Below are positions 21,018-31,091 of a DNA stretch of 64,000 nucleotides, in pieces. Position 1 is the stretch's first letter, and each line of letters opens with the position of its first letter. Both the position numbers and the translations under genes were made by a program. Location of the stretch: NCBI GenBank assembly GCA_030599585.1, contig JAUVNS010000002.1, positions 64,001 to 128,000 of the forward strand, read 5' to 3'. A model generated the notes under the pieces. That model searched no databases, was not told the DNA's origin, and was given only the letters and a program-made list of their open reading frames with translations. This DNA comes from Promethearchaeota archaeon (GTDB lineage Archaea; Asgardarchaeota; Lokiarchaeia; Sigyniarchaeales; SOKP01).

Positions 21018-21515
21018 TTATATTCTTTCTAATTTTTTACGAATTTTTAATAACAGAGTAATGACAGAAACAACTAGAATTAGATATAGTCCTATATATC
21101 CCGGAATAGCTCCATCGGTAGGTCCGTTTGAGGGCCCTATTGTCTTTGTTATGGAGCCCCCTTGGTTGCATGTTGCCGTTACCTGAATAGTAGATTCATC
21201 CTTGGTTATTACAGTATACTCATACGTAAAAAATAACAAATCGGGCTGACTTGTGTAGGTTTGAGTCTGGTCTATAGTTCCATTAACTCTAATGGTAACT
21301 GAAAATACATAATGAGAAGTGTTATCGGAAACTCCGTGGGTGATTGAAACTTTAAGCGTGTTTGTACCTGAATTGTAATCCAATGACATATCCTGTGGTG
21401 AGTGTGCTCTTACATTACTGCTTGCTATGGTTAAGAAGACGATAAAGAAGACAGATAAAAAATAATATTTATTTTTTTTAGGCATTGTTAACAAGTTTTT
21501 GGTTATGAACTTCAC
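21018..21515 (-). CDS. Secreted His-containing beta-sandwich protein with IPGY-TM-basic C-terminal anchor (Loki-CTERM-like)
   Basis: Signal peptide ending VRA|HSP; His at HSP, THG and SHY; C-terminal IPGY, TM helix, KIRKK. Confidence 0.7.
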   Translation of the reverse strand: MKFITKNLLTMPKKNKYYFLSVFFIVFLTIASSNVRAHSPQDMSLDYNSGTNTLKVSITHGVSDNTSHYVFSVTIRVNGTIDQTQTYTSQPDLLFFTYEYTVITKDESTIQVTATCNQGGSITKTIGPSNGPTDGAIPGYIGLYLILVVSVITLLLKIRKKLERI

Positions 21516-21610
21516 GTAAATGAATTATGGTTAAAAATTTAATAATTTAGTATTTAATTGTTTCCTTTATAAATTTAAAACCAATGAAAATGTTCTTTCT
21601 AACGAATTTT

Positions 21611-22417
21611 CTATAACCATTCGCAATTAAGATATTTGCGAAGGTTTTTTTTACGGTTTTTCTTTCCTAACGCTCTATTAATCTCTCCAGGGATGAATAT
21701 TACAGATTTAGATTTAACAGCGTCAAGTGAAAGTGAAACAACTTCTTCTGCTTCCATCCAACGTTCTGGTTGATACGAACTTCTTTGAAAACCGCTCATA
21801 GCATTAGTGTCGTGAAATTCAGAGTAAGTAAAACCTGGACACAACGCTTGGATATAAATTCCTGTTCCCTTGACTTTTACTTTAAGTAACTCCGAAAAAA
21901 TAGTCACCGCTGATTTAGTAGTAGTGTACATTATTAGCGCAGAATCTTTACTTATTGCCGACATTGATGAAGTATTTATAATAACACCTCGTTTTCTTTT
22001 TGCCATTCCTGGAATCGTAGCGTGACAAAGTATTACTGGACTTGCGAAATGGACATTTATCATATCGACATGTTTCATTCTCTCTATCTTTAGAAAATTT
22101 TGCATAATTCCAAATCCAGCGTTGTTTATTAACATATCAAGATTTTCTATTTCGTTGATTCTTTTGATAACTTGTTCGTTATCAGAAATTTTGGATAAAT
22201 CAGCAACAATCACTTCAACATTGATAGAATATTTTTCCTGTAATGTTTTACTGAGAGCATCTAGTTTTTCTTTTCTTCTTGCTACTAAAATTAAATCAAA
22301 ACCTTGTTGTGCTAATTGCCTGGCAAATTCCGCTCCAATTCCAGATGAGGACCCTGTTATTAAAGCTGATCCCGGATTCTCCCAACCCATAAAATTATTT
22401 TCAGAATTCATAATCAT
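21611..22417 (-). CDS. Short-chain dehydrogenase/reductase
   Basis: TGSSSGIG, NNAG, YTTTK. Confidence 0.92.
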   Translation of the reverse strand: MIMNSENNFMGWENPGSALITGSSSGIGAEFARQLAQQGFDLILVARRKEKLDALSKTLQEKYSINVEVIVADLSKISDNEQVIKRINEIENLDMLINNAGFGIMQNFLKIERMKHVDMINVHFASPVILCHATIPGMAKRKRGVIINTSSMSAISKDSALIMYTTTKSAVTIFSELLKVKVKGTGIYIQALCPGFTYSEFHDTNAMSGFQRSSYQPERWMEAEEVVSLSLDAVKSKSVIFIPGEINRALGKKNRKKNLRKYLNCEWL

Positions 22418-22615
22418 CGCGTGTTTTTTAATTAAATTTCTAACTCAAATATCAAATTGAGTTTATTCTTTTATAAATTCTTCCTTTACTAAACTCGCTC
22501 AAACATCCAAGGAAATTGTTCTATAATACATAAAACCTTTATAAAATAAGAATAAAAATTAAAAAGTGGAAATTCTAATTAAAACTAAGTTTTAGTAAAA
22601 CAAATAAAAAAGCCA

Positions 22616-23182
22616 ATGCTGAAAATAAAATTAAAGAAAAATGAGCGGAGTAGAAACACTTTATATTTAATTGTGATTTCACTGATTTTTATCCAATTTT
22701 GTAATTTTGCTTCGTTGGGGATCGCAGCTGATCCAGTAAGAACTGATATTTCCGTTAGTGTAGCGAACGATATGATCAATAATAACACGGGATATCCTAA
22801 TCTGCTTGTTTTAGATGTAAGGACAATTGAAGAATATAATGACGCCCATCTGTATAATGTTACTTTAATCCCCGTTGATGAGCTTGGAGGTAGGTTAAGC
22901 GAGATAGAATCTTATAATGATACGGAAATTATAGTATATTGTAGAAGTGGAAGTAGAAGCTTACAAGCGAGCAATCTCTTAGTTGCTAACAACTTTACGA
23001 AAATTTATAATATGGAAGGAGGAATTAATGCGTGGATAGCTGCGGGTTTTGACTATTGGTTAAACGAAGATGTAAGTATCATCGATTTCGCATTACCGGT
23101 ATTTCTAGTTTCTATTGTAGGAATAATATTTGTGTTAGTTCTCTTTTCTAAGAGGAGATGGAAGTTAGGAAAAACCTATTAA
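22616..23182 (+). CDS. Rhodanese-domain protein with N-terminal signal/TM and C-terminal TM anchor
   Basis: LDVRT..EY...H, YCRSGSRS, NMEGGINAW; hydrophobic segments at both ends. Confidence 0.88.
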   Translation: MLKIKLKKNERSRNTLYLIVISLIFIQFCNFASLGIAADPVRTDISVSVANDMINNNTGYPNLLVLDVRTIEEYNDAHLYNVTLIPVDELGGRLSEIESYNDTEIIVYCRSGSRSLQASNLLVANNFTKIYNMEGGINAWIAAGFDYWLNEDVSIIDFALPVFLVSIVGIIFVLVLFSKRRWKLGKTY

Positions 23183-23243
23183 TACTAACAATATCAAACT
23201 CACGATTAATAAAACTTATAAAACTAAAAAATCTTGATGATGT

Positions 23244-24035
23244 ATGAAAACAACAATATACTACTTTACTGGAACAGGAAATTCGTTGAAAGTTGCCAAG
23301 GATCTTTCAGAAAAGTTAGAAGAATGTGAGCTTGTACCTATTGCAAAAGTTTGGGAGGATGATCATCTTGCTTCGTCCAGCGAAAAAGTTGGTTTTATTT
23401 TTCCTCTCTATTACGCTGGATTACCTAAAATTGTCTATGATTTCTTAAACAAAATAGAACTCGCTAAATCCAATTATTTCTTTGCTGTTATAACAAATGC
23501 TGGAGATATTAATAATACACCCTTACTGCAAATAGAGACAATTTTAAAATCGAAATCTAAAACTTTGAGCGCTGGCTTTTTTATATTAATGCCAAACAAC
23601 TATATAATTGGTATTGATATTCACTCAGAAGCACGCCAAAAAGAATTTTTTGAAGAAGCAAATAAAAAAATTGAAACTATTCATAAAACCGTAGAGAAAA
23701 ATGAAAGTAATTTAGGGAAGGATTTCTTTGAAAAACGAAGAATTAAGAGCGAGAAATTTAATAAGAGTTTTCGAGATAGTGTTTATGAATCTGACAAATC
23801 TTTCTACGCTGAAGACACATGTACTACTTGCGGAATATGTGTAAATGTATGTCCAGTAAATAACATCGTTCTTGTAGAGGATGTACCTCAATGGCAACAT
23901 AAATGTCAGCAATGTCTAGCTTGTATTAACTTTTGTCCTGAAAAATGTATTCAATTTGGTGATAAAACGTTAAAAACACAAAGGTATCACCATCCCGATA
24001 TAACAGTTAAAGATTTAATCAACCAGAAAAATTAA
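23244..24035 (+). CDS. Flavodoxin-fold plus 2x[4Fe-4S] protein (EFR1-type)
   Basis: YFTGTGNS, MPNNY, CTTCGICVNVCP, CQQCLACINFCP, RYHHP. Confidence 0.9.
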   Translation: MKTTIYYFTGTGNSLKVAKDLSEKLEECELVPIAKVWEDDHLASSSEKVGFIFPLYYAGLPKIVYDFLNKIELAKSNYFFAVITNAGDINNTPLLQIETILKSKSKTLSAGFFILMPNNYIIGIDIHSEARQKEFFEEANKKIETIHKTVEKNESNLGKDFFEKRRIKSEKFNKSFRDSVYESDKSFYAEDTCTTCGICVNVCPVNNIVLVEDVPQWQHKCQQCLACINFCPEKCIQFGDKTLKTQRYHHPDITVKDLINQKN

Positions 24036-24671
24036 TTATTTCTTAATATTTTCCTTTTGTTTCTTTAATTTTGGAAAAAACATTGGGACTTTTTCTTTAT
24101 AATCCTTATAGTCATTTCCAAATTCTTTAATTAATTCTTTTTCTTCCTTCCAAGCAACAAGGAAATTTAGTAGAATTACCAAAGGTGTAAAAATTAAAGA
24201 GAATAACGACGATAACAAAAAAGAAATTCCAATGTGAGCCAATAATCCTCCAAAGTATTGGGGATGCCTAATTATTGAATAGATTTTAGAGGAAACGATC
24301 TGGTCTGTTCTATGAGTTTCGGCTACTTTAAGGGAAGTTTCTTTTACGCTCAAAATTCCGAGCCATGCTCCTATTAGTATAAAAGGAACGGACATTAATA
24401 AATAAAAAATTGGTATTGAAAAGTTAATAATTGGAATAATAAAACTAGGATTTTGCAAGAATGGAATACTTAGCCGAGGTTGAGGCGAAATCCATATTCC
24501 AAACCAAAATATAAAAAACCCCCATCCAGAGGTGAGCCCGAGTATCCCAGTGATTTTATTACCTTTATCCGCTCCATATTTTTTTTGAAACTTCAAATGT
24601 TCAACAGATAAAAAATGAAGTGGAACCATAAAGCACATCCCTAAAATAGATAAAATAAACCATGGATACAT
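24036..24671 (-). CDS. Isoprenylcysteine carboxylmethyltransferase/PEMT family membrane protein
   Basis: YSIIRHPQYFG and EEKELIKEFGNDYKDYKEKVPMFFP. Confidence 0.88.
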   Translation of the reverse strand: MYPWFILSILGMCFMVPLHFLSVEHLKFQKKYGADKGNKITGILGLTSGWGFFIFWFGIWISPQPRLSIPFLQNPSFIIPIINFSIPIFYLLMSVPFILIGAWLGILSVKETSLKVAETHRTDQIVSSKIYSIIRHPQYFGGLLAHIGISFLLSSLFSLIFTPLVILLNFLVAWKEEKELIKEFGNDYKDYKEKVPMFFPKLKKQKENIKK

Positions 24672-24692
24672 TTTTATAATCCTCTTGTAGTT

Positions 24693-25205
24693 TTAAAAAT
24701 TAAATATCATATCTCCAACACATTTTTCTTGAGAATGTAATAAACACTCATTAATTTCAGGTTCAAGCTTAAATTTGACACCTACTACGTCTAGCCAGCA
24801 ACCAAGGCGATATAAAAGACCACACTCATATTTTTCCTTTATTCCAATCCTTTTCATCCCTTCATAAGCGAAGCATTTTCCCATTTCCCAATGTAGGATG
24901 TTGTGCCTAGGAAACATGTAGTTAAAATCCATGAAATCGCCTTTTAAAATCGAAAATCCATTGTTAATAAATGCTTTTAGTTGTTCAAAGGTATTTACTT
25001 TGGCCTTTTCCATACCTAAAGCTTTCTGAACTCTTTGGACTTCAAATGGAGAAAGTGTTTTAATTGCAGCTTTATTTAATTTGTTTGCGGTCTCAATACC
25101 AAATTCCTTGACACAGTTATAAAACCACGAACCGTCATGAGTCATCCAACACTTAACAAGAAGTTCTTTTAACTGATGTTTATTGAGTTGATCAAATAAA
25201 GTCAT
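24693..25205 (-). CDS. DUF6125-like hypothetical protein
   Basis: WMTHDGSWF motif and four spaced Cys in the C-terminal half. Confidence 0.65.
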   Translation of the reverse strand: MTLFDQLNKHQLKELLVKCWMTHDGSWFYNCVKEFGIETANKLNKAAIKTLSPFEVQRVQKALGMEKAKVNTFEQLKAFINNGFSILKGDFMDFNYMFPRHNILHWEMGKCFAYEGMKRIGIKEKYECGLLYRLGCWLDVVGVKFKLEPEINECLLHSQEKCVGDMIFNF

Positions 25206-25323
25206 ATCAATATTTTCCTTTAATAAATTCCTATTTAATTATCATTTAAGACCACTTGCATATAAGATTATTCAATTTCGAAGTCTAAAATAAAATAACA
25301 AGACGCTTTTTAGCTATTAATCC

Positions 25324-26589
25324 CTATTTTTTAATTTTACGAAACAGATATACTAAAATAACTAAAAAAGTTAAACCACATATTATAATAAAAACAAAAA
25401 CAGGGTAAATACTGACTTCGACAACATAACCCGCTATAATTGGGGTAACACCAAAGCCAATTCCTATCAAGATTTCATTTATAGTTGAATATTTCGCTGT
25501 ATCTTCAGCTGTTCCGTAATCTAGCATGATTTTCATTGATGTTCCATGGATAAATCCAAAGAAAAGACCTGCAAATGCGAATATTAATGCAATATACCAA
25601 ATATATCCAACGATAAAAATACTATATGAAATTAAGATAATCCCAGTTAACCCTAATACCACGGCAATTTTTCGCTTTTGAACGTTCATCACATTAATCC
25701 AAGTTAAACCAATAAGCTGGGCCATTTGTATTCCCCCTTGGACAAGGTAAGTTGATTGAGAGGGTAACGAATTAATTGTTAAAAAAATAGGATATGTGAA
25801 TAGGTAAATCGATTTTGAGATCGTTAAGAATATTATTCCAATCCATGAGAATAGAATTGGATACACTATCATTGGTGAATTTGAATTTAATTTAGAGTAC
25901 TTAATGAAATCCTCTTCATAAACAGGATTCTCTAAGTGAATTTCAAGTTTCTCTGGGGGACTATGAGTCTTGGGAGTTTTCTTCATAGCAAAATTGATTG
26001 GTATTAGTAAAAACGATAATAACCAAGAAATAATCATGATGATATAATCGCTCATAAAAAACGCCCAGAAGTAGCCAATTATCAGCCCAAATATAAAACC
26101 AAAATTCCAAGAAAAATTAAAATTTCTAAAATTCCTCTTAGCCTTTTCAGGACTACTTGTTTTCTGCCATTTACTTAACTGATTCATGCAATTTGGCCAA
26201 AAAAGTCCTAAGGATAACCCTAATGATATCCGACATGTGATTAAAAACCATGGTTCTAAGTAAATTATTTGAGCTCCAGTTAAGATAGGCGTAATAAATG
26301 AGGTTAATAAGATGGCATTACGAATTCCTATTTTTGACGTAATGAATTGCCCTAAAATTGGAGCAAAAATGTACGCTAGAGCCCCAGCAGAAGTGATAAT
26401 CCCAAGAGTACTTTTAGAGATTTTAACATCAAATAAGAGATAATTTGATAACGCTCTTTCAAAAAGGGAGAAATAGAATAGTCGAATGAAAGCGATCCAG
26501 AATAGAGGCCAAGCTCGATAATCTTGTAATGAATCTTTTACTCCTGTTTTCTCTTTTAGAAAAAAAGGAAAATTATTCGAGATTGGCAC
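25324..26589 (-). CDS. MFS transporter
   Basis: About 12 TM; shares FNFSWN and [15 protein letters not shown] with 16162..17436. Confidence 0.85.
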   Translation of the reverse strand: MPISNNFPFFLKEKTGVKDSLQDYRAWPLFWIAFIRLFYFSLFERALSNYLLFDVKISKSTLGIITSAGALAYIFAPILGQFITSKIGIRNAILLTSFITPILTGAQIIYLEPWFLITCRISLGLSLGLFWPNCMNQLSKWQKTSSPEKAKRNFRNFNFSWNFGFIFGLIIGYFWAFFMSDYIIMIISWLLSFLLIPINFAMKKTPKTHSPPEKLEIHLENPVYEEDFIKYSKLNSNSPMIVYPILFSWIGIIFLTISKSIYLFTYPIFLTINSLPSQSTYLVQGGIQMAQLIGLTWINVMNVQKRKIAVVLGLTGIILISYSIFIVGYIWYIALIFAFAGLFFGFIHGTSMKIMLDYGTAEDTAKYSTINEILIGIGFGVTPIIAGYVVEVSIYPVFVFIIICGLTFLVILVYLFRKIKK

Positions 26590-26715
26590 AATAAGGATAC
26601 TTTTTTTTTAGTTTTTTAAGAAAGTAGCCCTTTGCTCAAATATTTTCTTAAATGATGATTAATGGGTTTCAAAATAGAAAAAAAAGAAGTTTAAATTTTT
26701 ATGTACGATTTAATT

Positions 26716-27021
26716 TTACTCCCATTTCATCCCTAATAACTTAAAACCATCAGAAGTCCCTATTAAGACTTCACTCTGAATGCGAAAACCTTCAATTTGA
26801 TGAAACGGCATGAAATATTTACCGATTTCCATAAAAGCATCTTCTGCATTTTCCTTATCAGTATAAATTAAATGGTATTGCTTCATACCGTCATTTCCAG
26901 CGTAAGTATTGAAAACACGCCATTTTTTCACATATGGTATTTCTCTCGGCTGTTTTAGAATCAATTTCGCCATTTCAACTGATTTATGATTGGGATAATT
27001 TACTGTTATCATTAAGATCAT
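26716..27021 (-). CDS. Small hypothetical protein, possibly ferredoxin-like fold
   Basis: GAGGTG Shine-Dalgarno; size and pattern resemble 31092..31418. Confidence 0.7.
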   Translation of the reverse strand: MILMITVNYPNHKSVEMAKLILKQPREIPYVKKWRVFNTYAGNDGMKQYHLIYTDKENAEDAFMEIGKYFMPFHQIEGFRIQSEVLIGTSDGFKLLGMKWE

Positions 27022-27051
27022 TCTTTTTTCACCTCATTAATAAATTTCAAA

Positions 27052-27070
27052 TGTTTTGAATTTCAAAACA
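27052..27070. promoter_or_regulatory. Perfect inverted repeat TGTTTTGAA-T-TTCAAAACA, candidate operator
   Basis: 9-bp arms with a 1-nt spacer, 31-49 nt upstream of the start at 27021. Confidence 0.55.
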
Positions 27071-27245
27071 ATGCTTATGTGTTCTTAATTATTATTTAAC
27101 ATTTTCCATTTTTGTCAAAAAAAAAAGGATTATTTACTAAATATCAGTTATTAGTTTCAGGGATCAAACTCTTTAGTTAGAATATCTGCTGATATATTTA
27201 AAACAAATAATGTAATAATTAAAATTGAGTAATACTCTGAAGATT

Positions 27246-28091
27246 TTATTTTTGTAAGTCTTGTAGAATTGATTCCATTCGATTTTTCACGCCTCTTCTT
27301 AAATATCGATGATGATCAGTTGGGATATAGAATTTTTCGTCCTTTAGAGCGTGAAATAAAATCTCGGCTACTTCATCTGGAGATATCCCGTTTTCGATTG
27401 ATTGTTGATAAGCTTTCATAATTTGTTCTATTTCAGGATTAGTAGTTGTACCATGATACAGCTCTTTTGGTCGATTTCTATCGCTTTCTGTAAGTTTTGT
27501 GGAAGCAAATCCAGGACAAAGGGCTAAAACTTTTATTTTCGCACCAACGCGAGTTAGTTCAAGCTTTAAAGCTTCAGAAAGCGCGATTAGGGCGTGTTTA
27601 GTTATACTATAAATTCCAGTACCTATCGTTGGAGTTAATAACCCAGCCATAGAAGCTGTATTTATTACAAAGCACTCGCAATTTTGTTCTAGCATGATTG
27701 GAATAAAAACGTGAATTCCATGAATCACGCCCCAGAGATTAACTCCAAAAATCCACTTCCATTCAGATAAAGAGTTCTCCCACACGGTTGTTGAGGATTT
27801 AGTGGCAAAACCTACTCCCGCATTATTACATAATATGTGTACGGCGCCAAAATGATCGATGGTTTTTTGGGCTAAGGCTTTAACATCTTCAATTTTCGAA
27901 ACATCTGTCAGAACACTTAAAACATTTGGACTTATTTCTTTTAGCTCTTTTTCCGCTTGAGATAACGCATCTAACTCAATGTCGGCTAAAACAATTTTCA
28001 TGCCTTCTTGTAAAAATTTTTCTGCTATGCTACCCCCGATCCCGCTTGCGGCACCAGTAATTACAGCTACTTTATTAGAAAATTCTTTCAT
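27246..28091 (-). CDS. Short-chain dehydrogenase/reductase
   Basis: TGAASGIG, CNNAGV, YSITK. The start is probably MKEFSNK at 28091. Confidence 0.92.
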   Translation of the reverse strand: MKEFSNKVAVITGAASGIGGSIAEKFLQEGMKIVLADIELDALSQAEKELKEISPNVLSVLTDVSKIEDVKALAQKTIDHFGAVHILCNNAGVGFATKSSTTVWENSLSEWKWIFGVNLWGVIHGIHVFIPIMLEQNCECFVINTASMAGLLTPTIGTGIYSITKHALIALSEALKLELTRVGAKIKVLALCPGFASTKLTESDRNRPKELYHGTTTNPEIEQIMKAYQQSIENGISPDEVAEILFHALKDEKFYIPTDHHRYLRRGVKNRMESILQDLQK

Positions 28092-28208
28092 AATTATAAT
28101 TATGCTGATTATATTTATAAAAATTGGACTAAAAATCATTTTTTAACTGTTACTGTTTTTTTATTATTAAATAGTTTAAATTCGAATTATAATTCGCGTG
28201 AAAAATCT

Positions 28209-28526
28209 ATGACTGGCACCAATTTTAATTATTGTCCCAATTGTGGTAAGAAAATACACAAATCTAATAGCAAAAGAGTTAATTTTTGTTGTTATTGTGG
28301 GCACAAATTAAAAGCCAAAGATAGATCATCGCAGGAACACATTCGATGCACTATTTGTCATGAATTTATCTGGTCTAGAAGCACTCGAATTATAAAATGC
28401 TCATTCTGCGGTAGTAGTTATCATTATTCATGCGTGCATGATTGGTTATTAAGATACAATGCCTGCCCAATGTGCCAAAATGTATTTTTAAATCCGAATC
28501 TTGTTCTTTCAAGAAAGCGAAAGTGA
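28209..28526 (+). CDS. Double zinc-ribbon plus RING-type finger protein, putative E3 ligase
   Basis: CPNCG...CCYCG, then CTIC...CSFC...HYSCVHDWL...CPMC. Confidence 0.8.
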   Translation: MTGTNFNYCPNCGKKIHKSNSKRVNFCCYCGHKLKAKDRSSQEHIRCTICHEFIWSRSTRIIKCSFCGSSYHYSCVHDWLLRYNACPMCQNVFLNPNLVLSRKRK

Positions 28527-28536
28527 GAATTCAATT

Positions 28537-29652
28537 CTAAAAAAAGATTTCTTTAGTAATATTTTCAATGGGGAGAAAGATTTCCATAGCTCCATCCCAA
28601 TCCCGTATTATATTAGAATATAAGAATTCGACTTTCTCAATAAAACGTTCAAGCAAAAAATTAAGGGATCTTAAATTTTGATCAGCTACAATTACCCCCG
28701 TAATATATTTACCTTGGTGTGTTATTAACACTTTTCCTTCCTTTTCTATGACCATCTCCCCGTCATCCTGAGATATTTCTTTTAACATCATTCTAATAGT
28801 GTTTATAGCACCTGACATGATTTGGTCTTGGCGTGTATTGGTTGGATCCTTGAAAAATTTATAATAGACGCAAATTCCAGAAGCCCTCATGAGAAAAAGT
28901 TTATCGATTTTATCTTTCCAATTCTGCTCAGATAACGATGGTAAATTAATAAAATAGATCGAAAGAACAAAAATGCCAATTATTTGAATAATATCTCCAA
29001 ATAAACGAATAATTAATCCAAACAAACTTACAAATGGATCTGAAGTAGCTCCAAAGCCAAAGCCTAGAAATATTACCCCAATTATAGAGAAATATATTTT
29101 TACCTTATAATTATGTATTTCCTGATTCTCGCTAGTTTTCTTTAAAAGTTTTTTCATATATATTAAAAAAATTAAAATTAAAGGTATCCAAAATAATACC
29201 AGGGAAGCATTTTGAGTAAATTCAATAGCTGTGAAAAATAAAACAACAGAAATAAGAGTAAATATTAAGAAAATCTTAGAAAACAGGTACTTTCCAATAA
29301 TTATCTGATATTTTTCGATTTTGTATATAAAAACTAACCCTAAAATCATTCTCAAGAGATATCCAATATTAAAAACGACTAAACGTGAATGTTGAGTCTC
29401 CATGTAATAGTCTCCGAAAATATAAAAAACTCCCATTGATGAATAAGCGAGAAGGAATAGAATTGACGCTTTCTCAATGAAATTGCTTAATTTCCTCTCC
29501 CTGTTCTTTACCCTCATATAAAGTAAAAAAGCTAATTCTGAAAACAGAAATATCATGACCCATTCTATTATTAATAACGGTTCTCTTAATGTTCCATTTA
29601 TTGGGTATAAATTTTGTCCAAGCAATATTATTATACTCTTTCTATTTTTCAC
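28537..29652 (-). CDS. 7TM protein with C-terminal longin-like domain
   Basis: Seven hydrophobic segments, then LFLMRASGICVY...QIMSGAINTI...FIEKVEFLY...WDG..EIF. Confidence 0.72.
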   Translation of the reverse strand: MKNRKSIIILLGQNLYPINGTLREPLLIIEWVMIFLFSELAFLLYMRVKNRERKLSNFIEKASILFLLAYSSMGVFYIFGDYYMETQHSRLVVFNIGYLLRMILGLVFIYKIEKYQIIIGKYLFSKIFLIFTLISVVLFFTAIEFTQNASLVLFWIPLILIFLIYMKKLLKKTSENQEIHNYKVKIYFSIIGVIFLGFGFGATSDPFVSLFGLIIRLFGDIIQIIGIFVLSIYFINLPSLSEQNWKDKIDKLFLMRASGICVYYKFFKDPTNTRQDQIMSGAINTIRMMLKEISQDDGEMVIEKEGKVLITHQGKYITGVIVADQNLRSLNFLLERFIEKVEFLYSNIIRDWDGAMEIFLPIENITKEIFF

Positions 29653-29666
29653 TTGATCTAATAATT

Positions 29667-30812
29667 TTAATCTAAGATATTTTGTAAAATCACATCAAAA
29701 CCGGAGAAGATCGTTTCTCTAAACTTATCTACAATATCAAAATTAACTAGCAATCCACTATAAGAATTTAGAAATTGAGCTTTCACCTTTTTTAGAAATA
29801 ACTGTAAACTTTTCATATTTTTATCGACAAATAATACAAACAGAAATTGAGATTTGGGGTCTTTTTCATACTCGAGGAGAATGCTAAAATTACCATATTT
29901 AATTATCTTAACTCTATTTTGGTAGGTTTTTGTAATTTCATCAAATACATCACTAATTCCTACAACGCCTATTGAATGTATTGGATTATTATTTTTATTT
30001 TTATTATTGTAATGAGACTCCGGTTCATTAGTGAGATTTCTTATTTTGTTAAAATCATATGAATATAGCTCATATAAATTCCTTGCATCGATAACGTACA
30101 ACTTTAAAAGATTATTTTTCCAATTAAATTCAAGGACACCTGGGAATTTGAAAGTTCCATAGATTATTGCCATTAAACCTATATTTATCACATAGCTTCC
30201 AACAAAATAGAAGAAGTCTCTTACATCAAATAACACAGGTATATTAGGCAAGCCTGAACCAAGGAACATGCCTATTAAAAATATCACCTCTCCTATTAAG
30301 GTCATTAATAAACGTGAATGTACTGTGCCTGAAGTAAGTTTAACTAGTTTTATCTGAAAATATAGAAAATACAAGCCTCCTATAAGCCCTATTAGCATAC
30401 TCGGAAATAAGCCTATTGGTTTAACGTACAAAAATAACAGATAGATAATGCTAATCCCAGAAAGCACACTAACTATTTTGACTAATTTCGAATTTATAAG
30501 AGTGAGAAATGGTTTTGACAATAAAATCAGGAGGACTACTAATATCCCTCCTTGTAATAAAGAGATTCCAATTCTTATAAATAATTCAGCTAAATAACTA
30601 TCGTGGATATAAAATGAGCCGATAACTAAAAAAAGATATGACGTAGCTCCAATTCCGAAAATATTGGAAAAGGCCAATAAGAATTTGTTTAACCCGATTT
30701 TGTCTTTTCGGTGTTTCCGATATAAATATAAGAAGTATATTGCTAATTGATAATCTAATATAATCGAAAAAATCATAGCCGGTAGATAGACTTCTCTTAA
30801 ACTAACTAACAT
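29667..30812 (-). CDS. 7TM protein with C-terminal longin-like domain
   Basis: Seven hydrophobic segments; linker PGVLEFNWK (compare PSLSEQNWK in the neighbour); beta-beta-alpha-beta-beta-beta-alpha-alpha-like soluble domain. Confidence 0.68.
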   Translation of the reverse strand: MLVSLREVYLPAMIFSIILDYQLAIYFLYLYRKHRKDKIGLNKFLLAFSNIFGIGATSYLFLVIGSFYIHDSYLAELFIRIGISLLQGGILVVLLILLSKPFLTLINSKLVKIVSVLSGISIIYLLFLYVKPIGLFPSMLIGLIGGLYFLYFQIKLVKLTSGTVHSRLLMTLIGEVIFLIGMFLGSGLPNIPVLFDVRDFFYFVGSYVINIGLMAIIYGTFKFPGVLEFNWKNNLLKLYVIDARNLYELYSYDFNKIRNLTNEPESHYNNKNKNNNPIHSIGVVGISDVFDEITKTYQNRVKIIKYGNFSILLEYEKDPKSQFLFVLFVDKNMKSLQLFLKKVKAQFLNSYSGLLVNFDIVDKFRETIFSGFDVILQNILD

Positions 30813-31091
30813 ATCTGCTCATAGATGCTTTTTTACTTATCAATCTGTTATTAAATTTACCTATTTTATAATAATCTGAGATATTCCTCTTTTATTTTAT
30901 GCTAAATAGTCAGATCACGTCATAAGTAAGATAAAGTGTATGTATTTAAAATTAATTTTTACCACCGTTTCAAAAAGTTTGACAATAATGGAAAAATTAA
31001 AATGTAAAAAAATTCTAAGTATGATAATCCAATTTAACTAAAACCTTGTATAACCTTATTAAAAATTACATATAATAAAGAGGCGAAAAGT

